Below are positions 1 to 11,700 of a stretch of 64,000 nucleotides of DNA, one piece after another (position 1 is the stretch's first letter; each line of letters opens with the position of its first letter). The position numbers and the translations under genes were made by a program. This stretch comes from Dipteris shenzhenensis (taxonomy: Eukaryota), in NCBI GenBank assembly GCA_047967505.1, contig CM106538.1. One strand, written 5' to 3'. The notes below the pieces were generated by a model that was not told where the DNA came from, ran no database searches, and saw only the letters and a program-made list of their open reading frames with translations.

Positions 1-179
1 TATGAAAATTTCTATTAACCAAGTTTTCAAAGGGTAGAAAGAATTGCCTAAATTCTTTTCATTTCATAATGCTAATCGGAGAAAAGAAAAGAAAATGCAT
101 TTCAAATGTTCGGAGAAAACGTAATGAACCTTCATTTTTCACCTCTAAAAAATATTTTAGGGGTGCATCAGGGTGAGAC

Positions 180-2560
180 TTCAGCAAGACGAAGCAGAAA
201 GCCTTTGCCTCGGTGGTGAAGAGGTGGAACGTGGAGGTCATCCTCCTACAAGAGATCAAGACAGGTTCTGATAATAATCCTTGGATGGCTCTAAATTTAC
301 TGGAATTTTCCTCCTTAATCAACTGCCTATCCAGAGGCAGGGGCGGGGTCGCCATTCTGTATCGACCCTTGGTCGCGTGTACTGAGATCGGTCGTTATGA
401 TATGGGGTCCTTGTTAGCTGTGGAAGTCTCTTACAAGGGGTTCGTCTTCAAGATAGCAAATATCTAGGCTCCGAATGTCTGCACTGAGAGGGGAGAGTTG
501 TGGAATCTGATGGGAGAAAAGCTATTAGGGGAGAGGTGGTTGTTGGGGGGGGACTGGAACATGGTGGATCGCCCAAAAGATAGATCGGTGCAGTCGAGTG
601 GGATCCTAGGAGGTGAGGCGGAAGACTGGGATTCCTTGGTGCTAAACAAAGGCCTGGTGGATTGCAGGGAGTTAGATCCGGATGCTCTCTTCGGGTTCAC
701 TTGGTATAACAAGAGGAAAGGAGAGGAGCTCTGTGCCGGTAGACTCGACAGGTTCTATGTCTCCAAGGAGACCTGCGTGCGCATGCAGGTCTTTCCGATC
801 ACATCCCTACGTGCCCTTTAAGCTGGACAAACGGCAACTGGCCTATGATCGATTCTGTGTGGAGGTGAGTAGAACCTGGAAGTCCGCCACTAAGGGGTCC
901 CAGGACCCTATGCTCAAGTGGGATATGGCCATCAAGGCTGTGATGCAGGTGGCTAAAGAGTGTGATAAGCAGAAAAGAAGGTGGGTACATACCATGTCTA
1001 GGCAGGTAAGCAGGTAAGTGCGTGTTGGGAAAGCTTGAAGAGAGCAGTTGACGAAAGCCCGACAGACTCGTACCTGGCTACATTGATGTTCGAGGCTGAA
1101 GAGGTCCTAAGAAAGGTCAAGCTGGAGAAGGCAGAAAAGGCCAGACTTCAAAGTAGGCTGACCTAGTTACAGCATTATGACTGCCCCTCCAAAGTCTTCC
1201 TCCAGGCAGTTAAGAAAAAGCAGACCAGGGAAAGCATCGACAGAGTCGTGGACAAAGAAAGCAACCTTGTCACTGAATATTGGCACATCGCTCAAGTATT
1301 CCTTCAAGAGCTGTCTAGTATAGTGGGGGAACAGGCCATCTCGGTCCAGTCCTGGCAGCATAGGTCCCAAGAGTTCCTAAGCCAAGTGAACTCTTAGCTG
1401 TCGGGGGCCGACAAGGCTAGTTTAAGCAGACCGTTCTCTGTGGAGGAGCTTAAGGAAGCTTTGGACTACCTCGAAAACGAGAAGGCACCTGGCCCAGATG
1501 GCTTGCCAACTCAATTTTTTCAGGCCTTCTGGGAAGTAATTAAATTGGATTATACAGCCATGGTTCAGCAGGCTGTTCGCTGTGGCTCCCTCTCCATTGG
1601 GCTTAGTAAAGCTCTTTCCCAAAAAGCATTCCAAGCTCCGAGCAGGTGATTGGCGCCCCATCACCCTACTGAACACGTCCTATAAGATCCTGGCTAAGGC
1701 CATCACCCTCAGAATAAGGGACTTGTGCTCAAGAGTGGTAGACAAGGAGCAGAACGGGTTCATTAAGGGGAGAGACATTTTCAAGAACATCTTGACTGTC
1801 ACCACAGCTTTAGACTGCGCACAACAGACGGGGAAGAAGACCTTGCTCCTTGGCTTCAATTTTGACAAGGCGTATAACCGTGAGAGGTGGGACTTTATGC
1901 TCTGTGTCCTGAGAAAGCTTGGGTTCGGGACAGTGTTCTGTGGTTTTGTGCAGACACTGTTTGGCAATGCATCTGCTGTGATGCGTTTGAATGGAGGAGC
2001 TGTAGGGAGTTACAACCTACACAGGTCCGTCAGGCAAGGGTGCCCGCTGGCACCTCTATTGTATGCGCTGTGTACTGTGCCTCTAATCACGGCGAGTAAG
2101 GCCAAACTGGAGTCCAACCTCATCAAAGGCCTACGCCTCCCCTCACGTGCCCAAATGTGTACCCAGTTTTTCGCTGATGACATGGATGCCCTCATCGCCT
2201 AGGAAGAATTTTCTTTGTCGAGCCTAAATGGGGTGCTTGGAGTTTTGGGCTCTCAATGCAGTTGGCCAAAAACGTGCTGAAGTCTCACCCTAATGCACCC
2301 CCTAGCTAGCTGGCTGGACGATTTTAAAGGGGAGTCTATTCCGAGGGGTGTAGTTGGGGGGGGCCTCTTGGTCTGGGTCTCACGCTCAGACAAAGATTTA
2401 TGTGGTTTCTCGATATTCATACGCTGTTGTAGGATGTAGGATGTGTTGGCTACTTGGTAGTGTAGGCCGTGAGCAGTATGCTCTGTCAGTCGGCCACCCA
2501 CTTTCGTATCCTGTTTCTTCCTTTTAATAGAAGCCGGCACTTTCCCCACACACACACACA
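180..2560 (+). mobile_element. Decayed L1-clade LINE (endonuclease and reverse transcriptase fragments), lying in an intron of the GH1 gene
   Basis: Broken frames contain APE endonuclease motifs (ILLQEIK, GGDWN, FTW, RLDRFY) and RT motifs (KAPGPDG, WRPITLLNTSYKILAK, SVRQGCPLAPLLY, FFADD), with many stops and frameshifts. Ends are approximate. Confidence 0.9.
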
Positions 2561-2801
2561 ATCTCCAAAATAATGTTAATCAATTTAGTTGTGTGTTAGC
2601 TTACAAATCTGCAAATTCTGAGAAAAAGCTTCAAATTTTTAAAATCCCAAGTTTTGAGTAGTTTGAGAAATTTTTTGAAACCCCAGGTTTTGTGATGTGC
2701 TGAGAAATCTGTTTTCTGTGAACACAAGCTAATATAAGTCTTTAGGAGTTAAATTGTTTTTTAAAAGAGAAGAACTTCTATTAATGCTTGAAAAGCTTTA
2801 C

Positions 2802-5800
2802 CAGTTAACTTTGCAGACCAGTCTTGAAAATAGCCAGTGATGTTGGTTTTGTACTCGTCGTCGTAAGTTGCGTAGATTGCAGTCACTGCATTCAATCCGA
2901 TGAAGTCTACTGATCCCCGCAGACTCACAGATTGCTCCTCCGTGAACGTTGGCAGTCGCGATCCCACCACTTCTCGCATCACGGCAGGGTAATCGCCATA
3001 CAAAACTGGATCCAAGAACCTTTAAATCCAGCCAATTTGAGCCAAATGTCTCCATTATTTCGATCGATGCCCAAACAATGCTACTCGATACTACTTCGTT
3101 CACGCGGTTCAACATAGAAATCGGGCAACAGTGCCGGAGAACCGTCTCTCGAAATCATGGAAGGCGAGCAACAATTGTGGGAGAATAGTCCGCCGGTTCG
3201 GAAAACTTCCGGCACAATGAGGGAGGCAGAACTAGAGAGGATTACTCACCATCCGACTGTGAAATCCGTTGCTCTCTGAGCAGCTTCTAGATCTGAGGTC
3301 GAATTCGAGAGCGGCTCAAACCATCTGAACCAGATCACCATCCCGATTTCGCCTTCCTGAGTGGGCTGCCGCGATGTTCTGAAATCAGCAATGCAGCGTC
3401 GAGACAGCTGAAATTGAGGTGAGAAAAAGGACGGAGGTAGTACCTGATGGTACTTTCTGTAGACATCAACAGCAGCCGCATGAGCAAGAAGCATGTTATG
3501 GCCAGCGATGTAGGGTTCGGTGGCGGAATTCCCGACGGTGCAGTTGAAGGGTCCCAAAGATGGGAGACCCATGCTGCATCTTCCGGGAGGACAAAAGGTT
3601 CCGGCGTAGGCAAACGGCAGGAAATCGTTCCCTTCTTCAAAGGTGACCCAATGCTTGACGCGATCCCCGAAAGCAGTGAAGCAAACATTGGCGAAGTGCA
3701 CAAAATCGTCTCTGTAGCGAACAAATTTGTGTCGTCAAACTTTCCGTGTTGCCTCGGAAAAGCAAGGGAAAGGAGTTGCAAGCATTAAAAAAGAAAACCT
3801 CGAAGGGCGGGTAATTAGAAATATCGATTTCTGAATTGAAATCACTGAATCAGGAGAGAGAATTTCTGTTGAGTACGCACATGAAGAGCGGATTTAACAA
3901 TCCTCCGTAAGTATCTTCGAGCACTTGCGGCATGTCCTGCTCATACAGAGCTACGTGGGGCTCGATACCTGCTTGAACGAACGTCCCACAGCTACTTAGC
4001 TTAAATCCATGAAAAGTTACTACTAAAGAGCCTGTAGGTATGACGGAAAAATTTCGGCAATGAATTAGTTCGGCGAAGCGAACGTTTCCGACAGTAACAG
4101 AGCAAATGTTTTCGCCCGAGAGGTCTGAAAAGTAATACCTGCGGCAATGAGACTATCGATGAGCTGGTTGTAGTGCGCCACGGCGAGTTCGTTCACTTCG
4201 CCAGTGCCATCTGCGGGCAGAAGGCGGGATGAGCAGATTGAATCCAAGGGAGGCGGACAAAAACTGTGGAAGAAATTTCTGAGACGTTACTTGGAAACAA
4301 TCGCGTCCAGGCAATCGACAATCTGAACGAGTCCATGCCCATATCAACAAGCAGTTGGATGTCTTCCTGCAAAAACCGTCAGGAGCTTTGCTTCCTCATC
4401 ATGAACACACTCTAATTAGTTCTCTAAATCTTTTCTCTAAACTAGTGTGGACATCGGAGCTGAAGCTTGAGAATAAGAGCTCAGGTAGGTTGTTAGTTAC
4501 AGGATAGCGATAGAACTGGTTGCTACCGTTTGCGGGAGTAGTGCCATCAAAAACAGCTCCTGCGCATCGGAAAGAGAACTGTGTGCTTAGAACGTCAATG
4601 AGTTTGGCAAACAGAAAATTCTAAAGTGCATAAACGCAAAGACGAGATCACAGTTGGTAGGCTTAATGCAACGACAAGCATGAAGGACAATGACAAGGAT
4701 GGGCAAATCGTTCACAATTCCGCAACGTAATCCAAATGGGTTGAAGGTTGAGATTACGAACCGTCCTTAAGCGAATAAGCATCCCAGAGGCTGACTCCTT
4801 TTCCGTCCACAAGAGTTGCAGCTTCGTGCTGCAAAATTCGACATTCAAGAGAAGCAAAATCGAAGTTTGAAAATCTGGGAGAGAGGAGGACGAACCATTG
4901 GAATCGAACCAGGAACGAAGCATTGATTTGGCAACGAAAGTTGTCTAAAGAAAGGGAATGAGATCAAACTGAAGCATGAATGTGAAAAGGAGGAACCGAA
5001 ACCGCATCGAAGCTAAAACGGAAACAAAGCACGAGGCTCTCAAGAGATTTAATAGGAAAGTGAAACGGAACTGCAAATGTGGGAGCCCCGGAAACACGCG
5101 AACAAAAGCTTGATGATCGAATCAAAAGCGGCACGTCGGCACCTGACGTGTGGAGGCGTTATGACTAGTCACGTGTCTTGTGAATCGTGATCTCGTCACG
5201 ACTGAACTCAGTTTAAGAGTCTCTCTGAACACAATTGCGACAACATGACATCTGCACCGACGTCCTCCAACGGGAGACACCTCCCACAATCGCTGCTTGC
5301 CTCTCCACATTCCGCCCCTTCGCCCATTTCCTACTTCGACATTTCCCGCTACTCCAACAAACGCACACTGCTCTCTCTGCACAGTGTCTGTTACTTCGTC
5401 TAGCTCCATTCATCCAGCTGAGGAGCCTTTCTCATCAATATCCCCCTTTTGAAAAATGCAACCCCCCCCCCCCCCCCCCTTTTTCTCTCACGCGCACCAT
5501 CAGACACCCTCCCTCCATCATTCACTACCATGACCGCCCTTGCACATTTTCTGCTCCCACAACTTATGCCTCACCTTCATCGCCCACGACAGTGCGCCGA
5601 ACTTGAAGCCCTCCGGAAAGGCATTGCGGTCGATCCAGGTATCATTGGGGAAGACGTCGCTGAAGCTAGCGCCAGGCCCGGAATTGCTGCTGGGAGTCTG
5701 GAGAGCAGAGCAGCTGGAAGGGGAAATTAGCAAAGCGACGAGAACAACAGAAAGAATAGGAAGGCGGCAGCAACTCGAGCACTGAGCACAGAAACCTCTG

Positions 5801-5817
5801 TGATTCCGTATCGTCAT
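2802..5817 (-). CDS. Glycoside hydrolase family 1 (beta-glucosidase-like), exons 1-9; the 3' exons presumably lie beyond the window start
   Basis: GT-AG exons at about 5575-5817, 4762-4828, 4501-4559, 4291-4366, 4139-4210, 3881-3968, 3445-3711, 3249-3356 and 2802-3019. Sizes 67/59/76/72/88/218 are typical of plant GH1 genes. Translation shows a signal-peptide-like N-terminus, [58 protein letters not shown] and DPVLYGDYP...RLPTFT. The nucleophile (ITENG) exon is not in the window. Confidence 0.9.
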
Positions 5818-7899
5818 GGCGAGGGGAGAGAAGCGGGGTATTGGATGGCTCAAAGCTGAGGAGCTGTGGGTGCAGCGAGAGGAAGAAGAATGCAAAGACC
5901 AAAAACGCAACATGCTGGATGGATTATCGATGGAACGACAGGCAATCTAGAGATCGGAGGCAAATGTGGGATGCAATAAAATCAGCACAGAATCAAATGC
6001 AAGAAGGAAAGACAAGAAGCAAATGGAAAAATGTTTGAGACGATGATACAATTTCTGAAGACTGAAAATGTTATGTAGGCAATTTTTCAAAGCCGGACAC
6101 TTTTATGAATCAATGCAATGCAAACAGGTGACGGGGCTTAGTCACTAATGTTTCCCCATTTGTGGATTTCCTTAATCTACCCAAGTTAACTTTACCTTTG
6201 CCAATAATCACCCTTTCCTTTTCTAGCCTCCCCGAGCTACCTCGTGCTTCCTTGCACGAGGTTCCCATTCTCTTCCCTTGCATTCCATGCCCCCCCCCAT
6301 AAAGTTTGCATAACATATCACACTTTCACAGGCTTTCCCATGTTTTCAACAAGGCTCTCCGTCCCTCACAACACAAGGGTCCCTCACAATACAACCTCCT
6401 CACCATTTCCTTCCACTATATCTCCCTCCCCTTTCCCTATAAATTTCATATTTTCTTCCCGTCCCATGAGCTTTTAATCACACCCACTCCCATAAGAGAG
6501 AACATGTTCACATGAAGATGCATTGGTGGTGTTTAAGTCTTCTTCGCGCTTTAATAGGTTTTACTATAACCACTAGCTGCCTTGTCTATCCTTGTTTGAC
6601 TACACTTGTTATTTAGCTAGGAAGTTGGCATGTTCTAGCCAAGAGCCAAACAAATTCACATGCAATCATGGTGCATATAGTTATAACTTATATGGGCCCT
6701 TCTTGAGTTGTTTTAACCTATAGCAACAAGGAATGCCAATTGAAGAATACACGAATGACAAAACGCAAAGGGCAGGTCATAACTTGCACTAAAAGGATGT
6801 GGTAGTCTTTGTTTAATCTTGCCCAGTAGTCCATTTTAACATGATTGGCCAACCACTTTCTGCCTCGCAACTACATAAAATACAACACATAAAAACACAC
6901 CGTTTACACTCCTTACTATAACCCGCCATTGAGGTTTAGGGCAAGTGCCATGGCCTGAACTTAGGAAGTCAAGCTTGACCAAGCAAAAACTCACCTCAAA
7001 AGCAATACCCTACATAATAGGCCTTAAAATTGGGTAAATTTCATACAAGAGAGTCTATGTACTCCACTCTTAGTGGGGATTTAGATATCCAACCCTTTCT
7101 TACAATACATACATAAAAGCTTGACAATAAACTCATTATCTAGTCACATAGAGAGAGTGGCTGTATTTGCGATCTACATCTCTAAAAGTCTAGTCATTTC
7201 TCTAAGGAATGACTTTAGCTCCCAAATGTACACACTGTTTTACATGAATCCATGTATGCCATTGCATTTAAAATATAAGCATTGTGTGCCTTTGGGGTGA
7301 TATTACATATCTAAGTGCATCATCTAGGTACCACAAGTGTGAGTGGAGCCACATGCCCCTTAGCATTTCCTCGTACACCAAACTTACAAGATGAGCCATA
7401 AGCAAGAGGCTAGAGCTATTGAATACTATAATTGTGTTCTTTAAAAATCCCTTCAATGATATTTGTGTGACATATAATACATTATTAAATAAAAGATATA
7501 GTTACTTGCATGTACCCACCTAAGGGTAAACTCCTTGAAGAGCATGTACCACCTATTACTAAAGAAACGATGTAGCTATTTGCATGTACCCACCCTAGGG
7601 GTAGCGACCTCCAAGCTCATGGCATTCCAACTATCTATCCATGTGTGTGTAGGCATTACTAATTATGCATGCATCATATCTCTTTTATATGGCCATCTAG
7701 TTTTGGTTCACTAAGTTCATATAATCTCACATTCCGAACTTTTTAATTTCACGTGCCACACATGCCCTTTTCATAAATATCACTATAAGTTCACACAATA
7801 AATACGTATAGACGTTATTAATGTGGTAGACGTCCAAGCATGAAAGTTGCAGGTCACTACTAATAAATTCTGAGAAAAGGATTAGTAAGGTGCTTTGGA

Positions 7900-8215
7900 A
7901 GTTTCCAAAACTTGTAGACATAGTCTTTTAAGAGTATGTTTATTTGAGTTGAAGGCGACTTTGAGACAAAGGTTGGTAAGGTACTTTGCAAGTTTCAAAA
8001 CTTGTAGACATAGTCTTTTAAGACTTATAAGGTAGCATAAGATGCCCACAAACATGTGAATAATTAACTTTCATATGCATACGATGTGATGGAAAAAAAT
8101 ATAAAATGGTTCATCTAATTACAAAAATTGTAAGTGTGATGCCTAAGGGAGGGACCCCCAAAACTTCAAAACTTGTAGACATAGTCTTTTAAGACTTATA
8201 AGGTAGCATAAGATG
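7900..8215. repeat. Three short direct repeats with core AAAACTTGTAGACATAGTCTTTTAAG
   Basis: Core seen at ~7907, ~7997 and ~8168, with longer shared flanks between copies 2 and 3. Confidence 0.8.
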
Positions 8216-9319
8216 GAATATTTAGAGTATGCCCAAACATGTGAATAACAAACTTTTATATTCATAAGATGTGTTAGAAAATATATAACATGGAATAATG
8301 GTTCGTGTTACTACAAAAATTATAAGTGTGATGCCTAAGGGAGGCACCTCAAAAAAAATAATTTTATTGAGAAACCCCCACTGTTGAACATGTGCTATAT
8401 TATTGAATTTAATGAACCTCAAAGGAAGTTTGCTAGCTTGACAAGTTTGGTGTCACTATACTTTAGGTGTAGTTCCTTATGGCCGAACCTATCCAAGTGA
8501 TTCTTTAAGATTTGACATGAGATCATGGAAATTATTCTAGAATTTAAGCTAGTCTACAAATTATATACTGCACAGAGATATTTTCCCAATGATTGAAAAG
8601 TCTACAAATTAAAACTACACTGACTACAGGAAACCAATTCATAGATCTTCTCATTTCTTTCCACATCTTCTTGTCTCTTTTGGTTATAAAGAAAACACTT
8701 ACACATTGCACATGAAGCGGGAGATCCATGCAAAGATCTTGCAGAATCGCCTAGTGTTGTTCCTAGCTTCCGCATTGCATTACGGACCTGCTCCTTTTGC
8801 AAGAATCTATGGAACATGTCACGGATGCATTATTATGTAATGTGCAAAGATCTTTTTCATACTTTCATATATAGAGCACACACAATAGGTAGACATAAGA
8901 AACTCTAAAAGGGATAGATATGTGTGCAAGAAAAAACCTTGGAAAGGGTACTTTTCAAAGCCCTTTTTCATCTGCACTAGCTTAGATGAAAAAGGGCATC
9001 ATGTCCAATGGTTGCACCGTACATGCAGCCCCAACATGGCATCTAAAAATCATCAAAGACGCACTTTTAAAGTTTCTTCCAGTATAATTTATTTTGTTGG
9101 TCTTCTAGTGTCTGTTGAATTGTTGCACGAGGCCAATTTAGTATGATTTTCACCAATTCTGTGTTTCCAAAGTTCATTTTTGTCAAATCTTGGAGGAATT
9201 TCCTCGTGGTGCAGAAGGCAAAAGTGTCCGAGATGTTGCAAGGAGCCCAAAATGCCCTAAACCTGCCATGATACGAATTTGGGCATTCTAGCATGTCCAG
9301 AATGCCCAAATTTATGCTG

Positions 9320-9480
9320 TGGCTCTCTCTCTCTCTCTCTCATCATTTCCCCTTCACACTCTCTCTCTTCTCTGCCTCCCCTCTCTCTATCTTCCCTCGC
9401 TCTATACCCCTTCTGCCTCGCTTATGCTTCTGCCTCCCTAATCCTTTTCTTTGTATCCCTTTTGCCTTGTTGTCCCCCCC

Positions 9481-9538
<58 letters not shown>

Positions 9539-9690
9539 TTCCCACTCTCTGTCTTCCCTCCTCTCCCTTCCTCCTCTCCCTTCCTCCTCCCCACTCTCTT
9601 CTCTCTCTATATCTTCCCTCTGTCTTCCTCTTCCCCATCTATCTCTCCCTCTCCCTCTCATTCTGCCCTCTTTCTTCCCCTCCCTATCTT
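9320..9690. repeat. CT-rich low-complexity tract with (CT)n microsatellite
   Basis: Pure (CT)n run at ~9484-9530 inside a polypyrimidine stretch. Confidence 0.95.
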
Positions 9691-10309
9691 TCCAATGTCC
9701 TCCATAATGTCTGCATTGTGGTGAATTGAGTTCTCTAATTTTTCCAATTCAATAGTGTAAACAAATTGAGTCTCATGTGCAAGCCTAGGCGTCTTATCTA
9801 TAATTCTCTAGGTCTTCCTAGAGTTGATGATGTGGGTTTGAGTTGATGCTGTGAGCAAACCATTCTATTTTCCTATCTAGATTCCCATACACTTTCACAT
9901 TTGCATTGATAGACTTTGCAAACTTTTCCCATGCCACCCTATAATTTCTTGTGTCAATAGCAATGAGGGCCATCATGCTACCCTGGTAAAGAAAACCATG
10001 AGCAAAGGAAATGGCAATAGCATGGTTGATTGCCTCTCATTGGTACACCCTATAATGTAAGGAAACCATATGTGCGGCCCTATAATGTAATCCAACCATT
10101 TGTGGATAGCAATGGAGCCTTAAGTTCTACCCTCTTCCTTATCCTCCCCCCTTCTTACTGCCCTCTTCCTTACCCTTTCCCTTCCTTAACCTTAGCCTAG
10201 CATACCCTCTTTGCCTTTCCTTAACCAACCCTCTCTACCACCCTTCCATCCTCCCTCCCTCTACTACCACCCTTACTCCTCACAACACACCCTCCCCCCC
10301 CATATTGCT

Positions 10310-10950
10310 CTGGCATAGCTCGCTAGTGAGCTATGTTAGAGGGGGACAAAAATATATATATAAAAACTTTTTCTCTCTCGCATAGCTCATCGGCAAACTA
10401 TGTTGGTGGGAGACAGAGAGAGATAGCAGACAGATAGACAAACATATATATAAAGAGAGAGAGAGAGAGAGAGATCAAGTTAGAGCAAAATATCTTACCA
10501 CCTCCGGTACAACTTTCCAACGAGCTATGTCGAAGGGGAACAAAAAAACAAAGAGGAAATGTTTTTTTAAAACCCCCATTGGCATAGCTTACCGGTGAGC
10601 TATCTTAGAGGCGGATCAAAAAGAGAGGGGCAGAGAGATAAAGAGAGGGAGAGAGAGGAGAAGAGAAAGAGATTAAAAAAGAGATAGAGAGAAGATAGAG
10701 CAAAATTTCGTACGCCCTCCAGCATGGACCAGCTATGTTGGAGGGGGACCAAAAAGGAAGAGGAATTTTTAAAAAACCCCCTTGGCATAGTTCATTGGCG
10801 AGCTATGTTGGAGGGGACCAAGAAGAGAGGGGGAGATTGAGAAAGAGAGGGAGGAGAGAGGGAAGGAAAGAGAAACATATAAATATGAAGATAGAATAAT
10901 GTTTCTTATACCTTCTAGCATAGCTTAGGTGAGTTATGTGAGAGGGGGAC
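10310..10950. repeat. Array of ~7 degenerate palindromic motifs (consensus ~GCATAGCTCGCCGGCGAGCTATG) followed by GAGGGGGAC and GA-rich spacers
   Basis: Copies near 10312, 10380, ~10510, 10581, 10721, 10784 and 10917. Confidence 0.8.
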
Positions 10951-10952
10951 CA

Positions 10953-10984
10953 CATTAGGGAAAAAGGGAACTCATTTTGGGGCC
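10953..10984 (+). repeat. Left terminal inverted repeat
   Basis: 28 of 33 aligned positions match the reverse complement of 21024-21056. Confidence 0.8.
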
Positions 10985-11700
10985 CTGTAAGAAATTCACT
11001 ATTTTTTGATTTATTTCTCTCCTAAAAGACCTCAAAAATAGTAAAATACGGAAACGTGGCTCAGAACTGTCAGTAAGGACTACAGAACTGTCAATTCAAA
11101 AAGGAATAAGATAATCTTTTGTCTGACTAACACGATTTTGCATTAAATATCCTCTTAGATTTTTTTTTGTTTACCAAAGATTCCGCATCTCTTTGGCCGA
11201 CGTGTGCAGGCCTTTCATAAAGAGTCCATCACTGAACTTGGTGATTGCAAGTTTTCAAAATATTCACATGGATACCGCCACACTTCCACGATTCATGTTA
11301 CAAAACGACTATGAGATTGAAAAACAAACTTCGCAACCTGAGAAGCACAAAAAATGGCCGATACTAGTGAGTCACTATCTCAGAAGAAGCGATTACACCA
11401 TCTTCACATCGACTTAGAAGAACAATATGCTCCAGCACAAAAAAGACGAAAGGAACGGTGCTGAATGCTCAACAGCGGGAAAATATGAGAAGAGAAGGGC
11501 TTCAACATATTGACTTATGGTGCGATGGAAGCATATATCCAAAATGTCAAGTAAAAAACTCTACACCTCCATTTGTCAATCCCACCACATTACTGAGGTT
11601 TGCCGGCGATGGACAAAATGGACTTCTTGGTTATATTTCAGCGCAGTCTGCATTTGCGAAAACGTATAAAATGATGTACCTATAAGAAAAGGGGGCCAAG

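Noticed and set aside
8540-9310. Possible Cys-rich gene remnant on the minus strand
   Set aside because: Frames are fragmentary and I could not recognise a family; needs BLASTX.
9279-9729. ORFs rich in SL/ER repeats
   Set aside because: Translation artefacts of the CT microsatellite.
10310-10950. CRISPR array
   Set aside because: Eukaryotic context, degenerate repeats, low-complexity spacers of unequal length and no cas genes.
10951-10990. True 12/23 recombination signal sequence
   Set aside because: CACATTA differs from CACAGTG, there is no ACAAAAACC nonamer at 12 or 23 bp, and the right end lacks the terminal GTG.
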